Source: Gracilinanus agilis (taxonomy: Eukaryota). Taken from it: DNA of 64,000 nt. The translations under genes were made by a program, and so were the position numbers. Within the stretch, counting starts at the first letter, position 1; each line of letters opens with the position of its first letter. Below, piece by piece: positions 11,176-23,690 of this stretch. Below the pieces are notes generated by a model. That model was given only the letters and a program-made list of their open reading frames with translations, was not told where the DNA came from and did not search any database. Where the stretch lies: the NCBI RefSeq assembly GCF_016433145.1, contig NC_058130.1, positions 759,157,009-759,221,008 on the forward strand, in the 5' to 3' direction.

Positions 11176-11814
11176 ACTTGTTATATATGGAGGATAAAAC
11201 ACAGCAGCTCCTAAAAGAAGCTTCCTGAACCTAGGGATTCCATCCAAAGCTTGGTGTCAAAGCCTGTTTTCCTTATTCTTCTGATACGGGCACCTCTTGA
11301 ACTCGACCCTCTTGACTGCATTCTTGAACTCTTCCAAAATGAAGGCTTGGCTTGGAGTGTGGGTGACCTGAGGTCCTTCCCCTCTACGTTTGGGATCCTT
11401 GTTCTCCCACCTTTCATCATCAACAAGGGAAAGCATATTTTTTCCAAAACCACCTTTTCTCACCAGCCTCCCCTCCACAAGAGGCACAGTGGGCAGAAAG
11501 CTAACCCGTGAAGTAGGGAGGTCAAGTCTTGCCTCTGACAAATACAGAAGCTGAGCAATTATCTATGATTCTAAGTTACAGGAGGACACTGAACTGCACT
11601 GGTCACCTCGTCCAAATCTAGGACTTCCCTAGACCAATGAGATCTCAGGTCCAGTGTCCATTCCTTTTTTCCTGAACACCAGTCTCTGGCAGAGGCCATG
11701 GTATCACACTGTGGATTTATATCCAGAAGAGATCTCAGAGGCCATCAAGTCCAGCCATCTCATTTTACAGGTGAGGAAACTGAGTCCAAAAAGAGGTGAG
11801 GTGTCCTGTTTACA

Positions 11815-12028
11815 CTACTGGATCTAGAGCCAGTAAGACTTGAATTCAAATCTAGCATCAGACACTTAACACTTGTGTGGTTCTGAGCACATCACTTAAC
11901 CCAATCCTTATTTGCCTCAATTTCCTCATCTGTAAAATGGGGATAATAATAGCATTTACCTCGTAGAGATGCTATGACTATCAAATAAGACAGTAAGCAT
12001 CGCATAAATGCCAGCAATTATTATTATT
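11815..12028 (+). mobile_element. MIR SINE (one of several dozen degenerate MIR copies in the window, not all listed)
   Basis: gaattcaaatc...cctcaatttcctcatctgtaaaatggggataataatagc...attattattatt. Confidence 0.85.
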
Positions 12029-14739
12029 GCCTAGGGTTACACAGCTAGCAGATATATAAGGTGGAATTTGAATCTATGTTTTCTTGACTCCAAGTTAAGT
12101 GGCAAGACTGGAGATTGTATGGCACAGTAGAAATTAGATCTGTAAGTCAGGCAGGCCATGGGATCCCAGGCTCACAGAATCATAGGGCATCCAGAAGTCC
12201 TTGATAATGAGGTTCTATTCACATTTCAGTGAACTGGTAATGTCAATTGGTGGAGTGGGAAGGATGGGAAACAGATGGGAACTCCCTAGCTCCCAAGGGC
12301 AGAGGTAGGTTCTGGGCCCTGCCTTAAGCAGGGGGAAGTGGACACCTTTATCTTTGTGGTGACCAGTTGTGAAGCACTAGAAAGAAATCAGGAGAGCTCA
12401 GTCCTTCCCTAGGATGGAGCCAGATACCACACACGGCTTGTTTTCTCGTTTTCTCCCTCCCCTCCCCATCTGAGGCCTCAACTCTCATTTGCTTCTTCAT
12501 AATCATCAGGTTCGGGTGGTACACAATGGCCTCCGGAAATTGAATTCGAGGGAAGGTAATGGGATCTGTGGCAGCGGCGGTCAGAAATAGAAGGACAGAA
12601 ACGACACAGTAGGAATGAGGAGCCTGTCAGAGCAGCTATTGCTTCCAACAATAGGGAGCGAGCTGGCAAAGAACCCAAGGCCTTCTCCTCCTTCCCAGAG
12701 CTGGATGGGCTAGAGGGCAGCTCTGGAGGTTGGCCAGTCATCAAGGACCCACCTAGACCCCAGAGGCCAGGTCTGCACAAGATTCTGGCAATCTGCCAGG
12801 CCTGAATTAGTGGTTGTCAATCAATCACCAGTTCCCCTGCCCAGGGTCTACCTGTGATGACAGAGTTGGTGGGGAGAGGGGAGGAGAGGAAGGAGGGTGG
12901 GCAACACTACCCTTGGAAAGATTCTTACTGCTACACTCTCCTTGGATAAAGTCCCTTTGAGATTGTGGATTTAAATTTGGAAGGGATTTTAGAAGTTATC
13001 TAGCCAATCCAGAGAGAGCGTAGTATAGAGAATGCTAGATTTGGACGTCAGAAAGATATGAATTCTAATCCTGCATCAGATATTTACTCTGAGTCACAAA
13101 ATGAAGGGGTTGGACCTGGTGACCCCTAAGGTCCCTTATAGCTCTAAATCTATGCTCCTACAAACCCTTTTTTGTACAGATGGGGAAACTGGCCCAGAAG
13201 GGGAAGCAACTTGACCAAGGCCAAACTGGTAGTTAGGAAGACACAAGCCATAATTCAATCCGAGATGCTGAGACTCCAAATCTAGTTATTCATTCCATTC
13301 AAGAATTAGAAGTCCTCTACCTATCCAGTGCTATGCACCTTCAGGGTCCAGCAGATGTTGGTTTGAACACCAGATTTGTGACTGACCACTAGTGTGTTCT
13401 TGAACATGTCCCTTCCAATTCCAAGTTTCCTCTTCTGCAAAATGTCGGGGTTGGACTATCTAGGGGACCTCAAAGGCCCCTTCTAACTCTTAAGTCTGTA
13501 AGCCTATGACTGAAGCCTACCTGGATCTCCAAAGCATCTATTGATCCCTCCCTTCCTCCCATTCATTCTTTCATCTAGCCACCCTAACAAAATCACTTAC
13601 AGAGCACTGCCTCAGTGATTTATCTCTGCCATCCATCCAGACAAAATTCTGATCTCTCATTTTTATAACTTTCCCCCCTAAGTTTCAGACTAGGGTGCCC
13701 ATTGAGACTGGGCATTTCTGGAGAGGCGGGCTTGGGGCTTGTTTCTTGTATTTTCTTCTCCAGAAACCAGGTACCCAGATGGACTGACCACCTGATCTTG
13801 GTCTCCCCTTATGAAAACAAATATCCAACTGTTAACACTCTTTAGCAAATGAGATTAGGCCACATGAGCCCCTGGAGAGGATCAGAGTGTTTACTGCTGG
13901 TAAGGCCTCAGAGATCCTCTCGGCCAAAACCTCATCACAGTTATAGTGGATAGAAGGCTGGACCTTCGGGAACCAAGAGGCACCTTAGATCAGGGATTGG
14001 CAGGGTTTGGAGGGAGCTTAGAAGAGAGAATGTCAAGGCTGGGAAGGGGCTTAGAACAGGGGGTTGTCAGAGCTGGAGAGGTCTTAGAACCTGGAAACGC
14101 TGGCTCCAAAAATGGCAACTTGTCACTGTACCAGGCTAGGTCATGTAGAATCCCATCGAGGGCTGTTCATTTTTCACTCCCTTGGGTCATTATATATTGG
14201 TTGATTCACAAAGTTGCCATGGTCAGGGCAGCACTGAAGTTTTCCATGCCACTCATCTTTAGTCAAAGGTAGGGGAGGGGAAACCAAACCAAAGCAAACA
14301 ACTTGCTAGAAACCAGGGCTCCTTGCTCCCTATATTCCTGGGAAATCAGTGTATGAGTGGTATTTTTTTTATAAAAGGAATCGTGTTTTAAATGTGCAAG
14401 GGGAACTGGCTACAGAAAGGTGTCCTGGGATGAATTCCCAACATAGATCTGCAATTTCTAATTTCCTGTACCTAGTCTAGTCTTTGGAGGTGAAAATATG
14501 AAAACTTTGGCATTAACACAAATGACCAACAGCTAATTTATCCCTGGTGCTAATGTCCAATTTTGAGTTTTCTCGAGGTCAAGGAGTGGGCATGGAAGCA
14601 GAAGTGGCATAAGAGCGATAGCAACAGTTCTCACTTCCATATCGCCAGGAGATCTGTAGGGAACCATTCACACAACAGACCTATATTGGGGTGGCAAAGC
14701 AGCTGCCATTCTGAGAGCTTAGGTGGCTTGTTACCATCA

Positions 14740-15220
14740 CAGCACTATTAAATCAGTCAATAGGCCTGATTTTGTCAGACTAAAAGCTAGGGATACAAAG
14801 AAAGTTAAGAGGTCCAGTGAGGGAGATAATATGCAAATGGCTACTGTATTTACAAACAAACCAGATACTGGAGAAAGAGGAAATAATTAAGTCAGCAAAG
14901 GAACTAAAATTATGATGGGGTTAAAAAGACTTCTGGTAGAAAGAAAGTGAGATTTTAGCCAGGACTTGGAAGAATCCAGGAGGTAGAGATGAGGAGAGAA
15001 GGGTGACAGCCAGAGGAAAAGTCCAGAATTTAGGTGGTTGGCCTTATTCAAGGAAGAGCTGGAGGTCAGCGGCAGTGAAATGAAGAGCACATGGGAGGAT
15101 GATTTAAAGTAGAAGTAGACTGGGAAGGTAGGAGGTGGCTGGCTGTGTAAAGAGATTCTGTGGTGAATCAGCAACATTGAAGACGGAGAGGAAGGAGGCA
15201 TAAGAAATGAAAATATGTGT
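14740..15220 (-). mobile_element. L2 fragment
   Basis: gaggtccagtgagggagataat...aggaggtagagatgaggagagaagg, an L2 antisense pattern. Confidence 0.6.
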
Positions 15221-15439
15221 TGAAGGAAAACAGTATTGGAATTGAAGTTAAAGGACCTAGATTCAAGTCCTGCCTTTCCCCCTAACTTCTTGTTTGACCT
15301 TGGGCAAGTTAATGAATATCTGTGAGTAAGTTACTCATTTGTTAAATGTAAGATGAAGTTACCCTTGAAATGTTCTCTCAGTGCTCTTTAGACAACAAAT
15401 ATATCTATAGATCTATCCGTATCACCAAAAGCTATTTCC

Positions 15440-15915
15440 TCAGTACACAGGTGGTCAAAAGATTATGAGTATACAATCATCAAAAGAAGTACAAACTATT
15501 AACAACCATATAAAAGAATAAGATTATTAATAATAAGAGAAAAGTAACTCAAAATCTTACCCTTAGCAAAATGGCAAAGATGACAAAAGATAGGTGTAAT
15601 CAATATTAGGAGTCACAGAAAGTCAAACAAACTAAAACTAATGTCTTGGTGGACGAGTGAATGAGTATAACCATTCTGTGAAGCAATTTGGATTTATACA
15701 TACGGTGGCTAAAATGGCCATATCCTTTGACCCAGGGACGAGGTTATACTTGGCAATGGCCAAAGTTGGCCATTGATGATATGCCCCAAAATATTTATAG
15801 CAGCATTTTTAGTGGTAGGAAAGAGCTAAGAACAAAGTAGATGATCACCGATTGGGAATGGATAAACAAACCAAGGTTCATCAAAGTGAGGAAATATTGT
15901 TGTGCTTTAAGAATA
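15440..15915 (+). mobile_element. Ancient L1 ORF2 3' fragment (left part)
   Basis: Decayed L1 C-terminal motifs: tggtcaaaagattatga (WSKDM), agcaaaatggcaaagatgacaaaag (SKMAKMTK), ccatatcctttgaccca (IPFDP), tttatagcagcatt (FIAAL), gattgggaatggataaacaaac (IGEWINK). Confidence 0.85.
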
Positions 15916-15934
15916 TTACTGTGCTGCATGGACA

Positions 15935-16576
15935 TGAGGAATTCTAGTGCCTTCCTTCTGTTAATTATTTCATATGTATCCTATATAGAGTTTAGTTTTT
16001 ATATATGTGTCTCCATGCTATCTCCACCATTAGATTATAAACTCCTTGAGGGTAGGGATTATCTTTTGCCTTTTTTTTTTAACCCTTAGTAGTTACTACA
16101 GTGCCTGGCATATTTGTTTTTGGTTGCGTTGTTTTTCAATTTTGTCTGCCTCTTTGTGACACTCTTTGGAGTTTTCTTGGCAAAGATACTGGAGTTATTT
16201 GCCATTTCCTTTTCCAACTCATTTTAGAGATGAGGAAACAGAGGCAAATAGGCTTAAATGACTTGCCCAAGGTCACACAGCTACTAAGAGTCTGAGGTCA
16301 GATTTGAACTCAGGAAGAACAGTCTTCCTGACTCCAGGCCAGGTACTCTGTGTACCATGGTGCTGCCTAGCTTCCATGGCACACAGAAAGTATTTAAATG
16401 TTGACTGATTATTGACTATTTTTCTTCTATAGAGCTTGTTTGTACGTACATGTTTTCATGTTGTCTTCCCAATTAGACTGTGAGCTCTTTGAGGGCAAGA
16501 GTTGTTTTTTGCCTCTTTTTAGCTCTAGTACTTAGTACAGTGCCTGGCATATAGGAGATGCTTAAGAAACGTTTAT
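15935..16576 (+). mobile_element. Two tandem L2 3' ends inserted into the L1
   Basis: Two copies of ttaga(t/c)t..a(a/g)ctc(c/t)ttgaggg..ag....cagtgcctggcata. Confidence 0.75.
16125..16376 (-). mobile_element. MAR1 SINE nested in L2
   Basis: gttttcttggcaaagatactggag...gatgaggaaacagaggc...gtcagatttgaactcagg. Confidence 0.88.
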
Positions 16577-16950
16577 TACAATAAAGAGAAGCATGGAAAG
16601 ATTAACCCAAACTGATGCAAAGCATAGCACAAAGCAACAGAACAGTATAAATGAGAACTGAGACAGTGTCAATGGAAAGAAAAACCATGAAATAATTGAA
16701 AATGAATGCTGCAAAATGACCAAGAAGGAATTTGACCCTGAGGAAGAGACCTAGGAATTCACTGGAATGTAGCAGCATCAGATTTTTTTTTTCTGCATGT
16801 TCAGTTTTGCCGAAATTTTTTATTCTTCCTCCTCTTTTTTCTTTCTTTAAACAAAATTTCTTTGCTATAAAGGATAGCTCTAGGGGAGGAGAGGGGAGGG
16901 AAGGAAGAATACTAGGGGGCATTTAAGCTATGTAGAAACAAAAGATTACT
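16577..16950 (+). mobile_element. Ancient L1 ORF2 end and 3' UTR (right part)
   Basis: agagaagcatggaaaga...aactgatgcaaag (REAWKD..LMQS) continues the left fragment. Confidence 0.75.
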
Positions 16951-18924
16951 TTGTAGAACAAATGTTTCAGGGAATAGGCCTGTTGGACTGAAAATGTTTC
17001 TCTGCTGGTCCAGAGGAGATCACTATGTGTCTAAGGTACAATTCTTGGGGTCTGTGACTGGGCTGCTAGAGACTGTATTATATACAATGAATAAGAATGG
17101 AATTGGGAATCTTTATGTCATCTTCTCTAAGGAGAACAAGATGCTTTAGCCTGCCTGACTTGGTCCATTTATTCTAAGAAAGGAATGGACTATTTCTGCC
17201 TTACCCTAAAGATCAGGGACCTGAGGCAAAGGGAAATTTAAAAACGTAACCCTGACTCACAGGGCATGTTAGAATTCTGGAGTTAGAAGAAGTTGTGGAG
17301 GCCACCCAGTCCAATTCCTCCAGTTTTTACATGAGGGAAACTGTACTCTTTTAATAGCAAAGCCAGGAGGAGAATCTGGACTTTGAGATGTGCATCTGAA
17401 GGCTCTTTACGTAGTGGCACCAGGAGGCCTGAAGGAAGTTGTCTGAGATCCTGGATTTGGAGTTGGGAAGGATCAGCCCACACACATTTATTAAGTATCT
17501 GATATTACATTTGGAGGCCCTGGAGATACAAAGTCAAAGTGAGAAAGGCCTGCCCTCAGGGAGTTTGCCTTCTCCTGGCATCCCAGAAGCCATAGTCTTT
17601 ATATCAGGAGGCAGACACATGCCCCGGCTAAGTTCTTGACAAATGAGCACCCAGGCCTGCAAACTCTTACCAGATCACAGGATTTAGACTGGAAGGGATT
17701 TAAGCCACCAGCTAGTCTAATTCTCTCTTGGGTGGATGAGGAAGGAGATTCTCTCATAAAGGTTAAAGGCTTTTGTGACATCCCACAGTAGGTAATCTGA
17801 CTCCAAATTGGAGGTCTCTATCTATGGCTCTGCTTCCAAACCCTGGGGCCAGATCTAGCCCAATTCCCTCATTTTACAGACTGATGCTGAGGCTACAGAG
17901 AAGGATAGGGAAAGGACTTGCCCAAGGTCACCCAGGTGGCATCTGAACCCAGGCCCTCTGCCTCCAGGTACAGTCTCTGTGCCTCCAGGCGGATATACTC
18001 CCAGAAGGGGCTTAGCCTTCTCCAAGGTGGGAGGGTAGGGGAGGGAGGGTGCCCAACAGCCCTGGCTTCCTCCTGCCTCCCTCCCCTTCCTTTTGGCTCG
18101 CTTGCCTCTGCGAGAAGCACACCCTGCTTCCAGGGAACAGCTGCTGAAATCCCACTTCCCAGACATCAAAAGCCTCAGTGGGTTTTCACCAAACAAACAT
18201 AATGCAGAACCCGGAGAAAGGTGTAAAATAAACAAACAGTGCGAGCTGTACATTCTCTTTGAGTACTACAGCTGCCTTGGAAGATAAACAACCAGAGAAT
18301 GTCAGCAAACGTCAATACACAAGAAATTAACTTGACAAAAAGCTCGCCTGGCCCCTCCCTCGTGCCCCCTCCCCCCCTCCCCCCACAAGCCATTCTGCAA
18401 TTCTGGAGTTCCCATCTAATGATTTTATTTTTCAATTAATTCCTTGACAGAATGCCAGGATGTCGCTTCTCCCCCCACGTCCCCAACACTGTCGCTGTCT
18501 GCATGCGGAGGAAGGAGCTGGGGGGGGGGGGGGAGCTGGAGGAGAGGTGGGAAAAGAGGGGGCTCTGTGGGGAGAAGGGCAACAGCAAGATTTCTGTGTC
18601 ATTCCTGAGGCCCAGGAAAGGAACGTGGGAGCAGGAGGGGGGCAAGTCAGGGGACCCAGGGGGCAGGAGGTTGTGGGGGCCCTGCTCCCCACAACCTGCC
18701 AGTTACAGGACCTGACCTGAAAACAGGCCCTTTATGGAACATGTGGGGCACAGGGACAAGCAGGAGAGAGGCAGGGAGAGAGCTGACCTTGGAGTTCAAA
18801 GGACTCTAGATGTAGAGCTGGCAGAGACTGCAGAGGCCTCTGGGCCAGGCCCCTTGTTTTACCCAGAATGGAGCTGAGGCTCAAAGGAGAAGAGACTGGG
18901 TCATGTGTCTGCTCGCTCCCTCAC

Positions 18925-19133
18925 ACTCTCCTCCTCTGTCTTTCTCCCCCTCTCTCTTTCTGTCTCTCCCTCCTGTCTGTCTCTCTCCTTCTCTGTCTCT
19001 CTCTCCCCCTCTCTTTCTGTCTCTTCTTCTGTCTCTTTCTCCCCCCTCCTCTGTCTCTCTCTCCCCCCCTCTCTCTTTCTGTCTCTCTTCTTCTCTTTCC
19101 CCATTTCTCTCTCGGTCTCTCCCTTTCTCCCCC
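18925..19133. repeat. (TC)-rich polypyrimidine/polypurine tract
   Basis: Seen directly; it runs into the gap. Confidence 0.95.
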
Positions 19134-19456
19134 NNNNNNNNNNNNNNNNNNNNNNNNNNNNNNNNNNNNNNNNNNNNNNNNNNNNNNNNNNNNNNNNNNN
19201 NNNNNNNNNNNNNNNNNNNNNNNNNNNNNNNNNNNNNNNNNNNNNNNNNNNNNNNNNNNNNNNNNNNNNNNNNNNNNNNNNNNNNNNNNNNNNNNNNNNN
19301 NNNNNNNNNNNNNNNNNNNNNNNNNNNNNNNNNNNNNNNNNNNNNNNNNNNNNNNNNNNNNNNNNNNNNNNNNNNNNNNNNNNNNNNNNNNNNNNNNNNN
19401 NNNNNNNNNNNNNNNNNNNNNNNNNNNNNNNNNNNNNNNNNNNNNNNNNNNNNNNN
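19134..19456. other. Assembly gap (323 N), followed by a C22 run at 19482-19503
   Basis: Run of N. Confidence 1.
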
Positions 19457-22400
19457 ATTCTCTGTCCTGTCTCCTCCAGCGCCCCCCCCCCCCCCCCCCC
19501 CCCTAACTTCAAGGCCAGTGGTCTTTTCCATCAACCACAGTGACCTTGCTAGGAAGGTTTAAAAACTGAGTTCCAGCTCAAATAGGATAAAGAGTTCTTT
19601 CTTCTAGGGACACGGAGCCAGGGATGATGCTACCTGCATCCCCCCTGGGTATCTTCTTGGGCCTTCTCTTTCCTCATCTTTGAAAATGTTCCAAGACCTC
19701 TGTGAGGAGGGGGCTCTTATGATCATGCTGGGCCTCTAGACAGAGGACCCAGAAGGAGGGACTGCCTGTGCTTGTCTTTGGGGCCAGATGCCACCTCAGC
19801 AGGAAAGTTCTAACTGCTTTCACCCTGGTCCTCTTGTGCCAGGGCCGCTTGTCCAGCTTGGTGACTGTCCTGCCTAGCCTGCTATTCCAGGTGGGCCACA
19901 GACATGGTTATTTCATTTCCTGCTCCCAGCTATCATCTTGGCAACCTCTCCAAGTGGCGGGCCAGCTGAGCTTCCAACCTCCCACAGGTTTTGGAAGCAG
20001 GATGAAATCAACTCGGCCACTGTTCCTCGATGGGTCATGTCAATCTAGTCCCCTAATGGTCACTCATCATCCCGTGCCCTTCCCTAATGACCACTTGTTA
20101 CCCTCCCCCTCAATGAATGAAAATACTAATTAGCATTCATATCAGGTAGAAAGCTCTTGACTTGTGTTAATTCATTTGGACTTCAAAAAAGTCAGCAAGG
20201 GGGGAGCAGGTGCTATTTTTATCTCCATTTTACAAACAGGGAAACTGAGGCTTCAAGAGGCTAAGTGACCTGAGGCAGGATTCAACTGGAGTCTTTTGGA
20301 CTTTAAATCCTGTGCTTTAAAATGTGCCTCCCTAGTGCTCAGCACGGAGCTTAAACACACATTGAGGGTCACTGAGACCCAATAAGGTTTAGTGACTTTC
20401 CCAGAGACAAAGAGCTAGTATGTGAGGCAGGATATGAACTCAGGCCTTCCAGACTCTCCAGTGCTCCTACTTTATTGACTATATCCCTTTGCTGCCTATA
20501 TCTACTGCTCCGGCAGGTCAAGTAAATGGAGTCTTAGGGCTGGAGTTTTGAGATGAGGATGCCCTAGTCCTGGAAGTTACTTTCTCTCTCTCTCATTCCA
20601 CAGAGAAGGACAGAGAGAGACACAATACTGGCTCACCTTTTTGATGCTAGTGGAAAGACTGCACTGGCTCTGAAGCAAGAGGGTCTGTGTTCGAATTCTA
20701 TCTCTGACCCTTCCTATCTATGTAACTTTGGACAAAAAAGAGCCTCTGCGCTTTGGTTTCATGTCCTCAGTTGTGAAATGAAGGGGTTGGCCTTCAAGAT
20801 CAATGAGCTTGCAAGTGGCTCCATTTCCATTCCCCTTCCAGTTTTTCAGCCTGCTTTACACCCACTGTCATAACACTCCTGCCATATCAGTAATACTATT
20901 AGTCATTTTACAGATGAGGAAACTGAGGCCCAGGGAGTCCTTTTTCTTCAAAGTCACATAGTTAGTAGGTATCAGAAGTGGCATTTGAACTTGGCACTTG
21001 ACTCCAGGGACAAGGAACTACATATGTCAGTTCTGGTTAGGAACTAAGAGGAAGGTGTCATGATGGGAGATAGGGATGGGGTACCTTGGGCGGGGGGGAG
21101 AATGACCTGGATGAATGAATGCAAAAATAAATCTACGGAAAGCGGAAGTCAAAGATCATGCACAAGGAAAGTTTGGCTGTTAGGAGGAAAAGAAGCAAAA
21201 TCCAAGAACTGGGGATTTGGGGCATTTCTTGGGAAAGGCGACCCCCCTAAACAACTGGAGATAGTAAGGTAAGCTACCCCCAATGTCCCTCTCCCTTTCT
21301 AAAATTTGCAAAATTTGGTTTGACTAGGAGGCCCAAACCACCCAGAAAAGTGCTCTGGCTGTGTGTGTTTGAGTCTGTGTGTCTGTGGTGGGTCCCCATT
21401 TGGTGCTGGAGGAGACGCAGCATTTTGCTAGCCTGCTTTGGGCAGAGAGGACACAGTCCCCCCTTCGCCATACTCTCCCACCCCACAGGGAAGTTTCGCT
21501 CTTCCCTACCCTTCCTCCTAACCCCCTGTCCCCAGGTCCCTGAGGCTTCCTCCAATCCCAACTCACTCCCTTCTCTCCTAAGTCCATCTGAAATTCTCCG
21601 TCTGCCACTTTAATTCTTTGATCGATGGGGAAGAGTAGGAAAAATGGCCCCGCGCAGCTGGCTTCCCACGTTACCCCTAGCAGGGGATTGCTGGCCCTGC
21701 CGGTGATGGCTGAGTGAAATGTTTGTGGAGCGCAGAGAACACAAGTCAATAGTAATTTAGCGGGATTGGGAGCAAGTACCTTCCCTGCACGGACAGAAAC
21801 TCCCGGGAGAGCGGGAGAGTGTGCAGGATATTACTGAATCACTTGGAAATATTTCCAAACACTACTCAATGAGGCAGAGGGGCAGGGGGATGGGAGATGG
21901 GCCGGAAAGAGAGGATGGAGACGGAGAGAAAGGCTGCCGGCGTGAGCCCTGAGCACCTCTCATAAGCTCGGTCACCTCCGACCAAGGCTCTCTCTTGCCC
22001 TGTGGCTGCCTGTCTGCACCCCAAAGAGCCCAGCTACTCGAGCTTCCTTTTCCACTTCTGCCTCTGCCAACTGCGCTGGCGAGGGGACTGCGGGTGTGGG
22101 TGCACAGGCGTCATGGCGCCTGGCCCAATCCATCTTCTTCCCTTGGCACTGCCCACTGAGTCTGGGGGAGAAACACTTCTGAGCAGGAGGAGACATGCAT
22201 TTCAGCACCTCCAAAGCCCCAGTGGACCAGGGATAAGCAAGGTGGGCATGCCCTCCATCTGTGCCTGAGCAGCGGGCGAGACTCTCACCCATGTCTGCTA
22301 GAGGGGTGCCAGCCGAGGCTGAGGGGGAGCCCCCCACGACTTCTCCTGATGTCCTGAGGACACTGGTGGGGCATGTGGAGCATCTGCCGGATAGTCTTCC

Positions 22401-22542
22401 CCCTCACAGGGTGATCCATCTTTTTGGACCAGCCATTGCTCTGATGACATCCTCTGTGCCCACTCTCTTTACTGTGCTCACATATCTACCATACTTACTC
22501 CTCGACTCTACCCTCTGTGATCCTCAACCTAGTATTCTTTCT

Positions 22543-22745
22543 TTTCTAAAAAAATCCTTATCTTCCGTCTTAGAACCAATACTAAGTTTCAGTTCTGAGG
22601 TGGGAGAGTAGGAACGGCTAGGCAATTGGAGTTAAGGGACTTGCCCAGGGTCACACAGCTTGGAGTGTCTGAGGCCAGATTTGAAGCCAGGACCTCCCAA
22701 CTCCAGGCCTGGCTCTCTAATCACTGAGCCACCTCTCTGTCCCTT
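22543..22745 (-). mobile_element. SINE1_Mdo-type SINE
   Basis: ccttatcttccgtcttagaaccaatactaag...cactgagccacc. Confidence 0.88.
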
Positions 22746-23225
22746 TAACCTATTTTTCAATGGCTACTGTGTTCTAGGACTCAAGGTCAGAGGGCAACAC
22801 CAGGGATAGGAAGGCTAGCTCAAGGAAACCTTTCCAGTTGGCACTGATTCCTTCCTGCCCCTCTTCACCTAACAGCCACCTCACCTGCGGCTAATCCTGG
22901 AGTCCTGGCAGCTCAAGCTCAAGGAATACCATAAGGAACCATTAAAAACAGAAGCCAGTGAGCAGAAGAAGTGAAGAGGGTCTTAAGATTCTAGGCAGCT
23001 TGAAAGAGTTCAGGCAGAAAGATATTTTAAATAACAAATTCTGAGGCTGACATGCTTGAACTTGCCCAGCAATGACTTTAAAGCTACGGATGGTATTCTC
23101 AGCTCAGGATCAGGACCAAGAAAAGATCTGTTAGAAGGAGGAAGGGATGGGAAGAGTGGGATGCCCTGGCGCCGGGTGCCCTGAGAATTGCAGATTTAGA
23201 GCTTGAAGGAACCTAAGAAATGGAG

Positions 23226-23402
23226 TCCAGGGATTCTTAACCTGGATCCTTGTTTTTAAAAAGTTTTGGTAACTTATTTTAATAGTTTCCTTTGTAATCT
23301 ATATATTTTCTTTTCGGCATTAATTCTGAGAAGGCATCTATGGGTATCTCCAGATTGACTGCTTCAGTGGGTCAAAGCACACAAAAGGGAAGGGACCCGA
23401 GA
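23226..23402. mobile_element. hAT-Charlie MITE (Charlie4/MER103-like)
   Basis: TIR cagggattcttaacct, body ttcctttgtaatc...attaattctgagaagg, and a degenerate right TIR. Confidence 0.7.
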
Positions 23403-23574
23403 CTTTTTCTAATTCCCTCATTTTACAGAGAAGGGAACTGAGGCCCAGAGGGGCTACCCGAGAGGTAAGATCACTGAGGTGGCAACTGCAAGATTCCCTT
23501 CAAATGTAGGGTCTCTGATTATCTGTTGACCCACTGTTGCTCCATTTATTTACTGGTCAGTAAATAAACATTTA

Positions 23575-23690
23575 TTTTATTTTTTAAAAGCTTTACTTTC
23601 CATTTTAGTATCAATTCTAAGGGAATTCTAAGAAGAATGGCAAGGGCAGGGCAACTGGGGTTTAAGTGACTTGTCCGGGGTAACACAGAA
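23575..23690 (-). mobile_element. SINE1-type partial copy
   Basis: ctttactttccattttagtatcaattctaag...ggcaactggggtttaagtgacttg. Confidence 0.65.

Noticed and set aside
18868-19562. Five ORFs of more than 200 aa
   Set aside because: They consist of a TC microsatellite, a 323-N gap and a poly-C run. The ORFs across the gaps at 7247-7483 and 43415-43586 are artefacts for the same reason.
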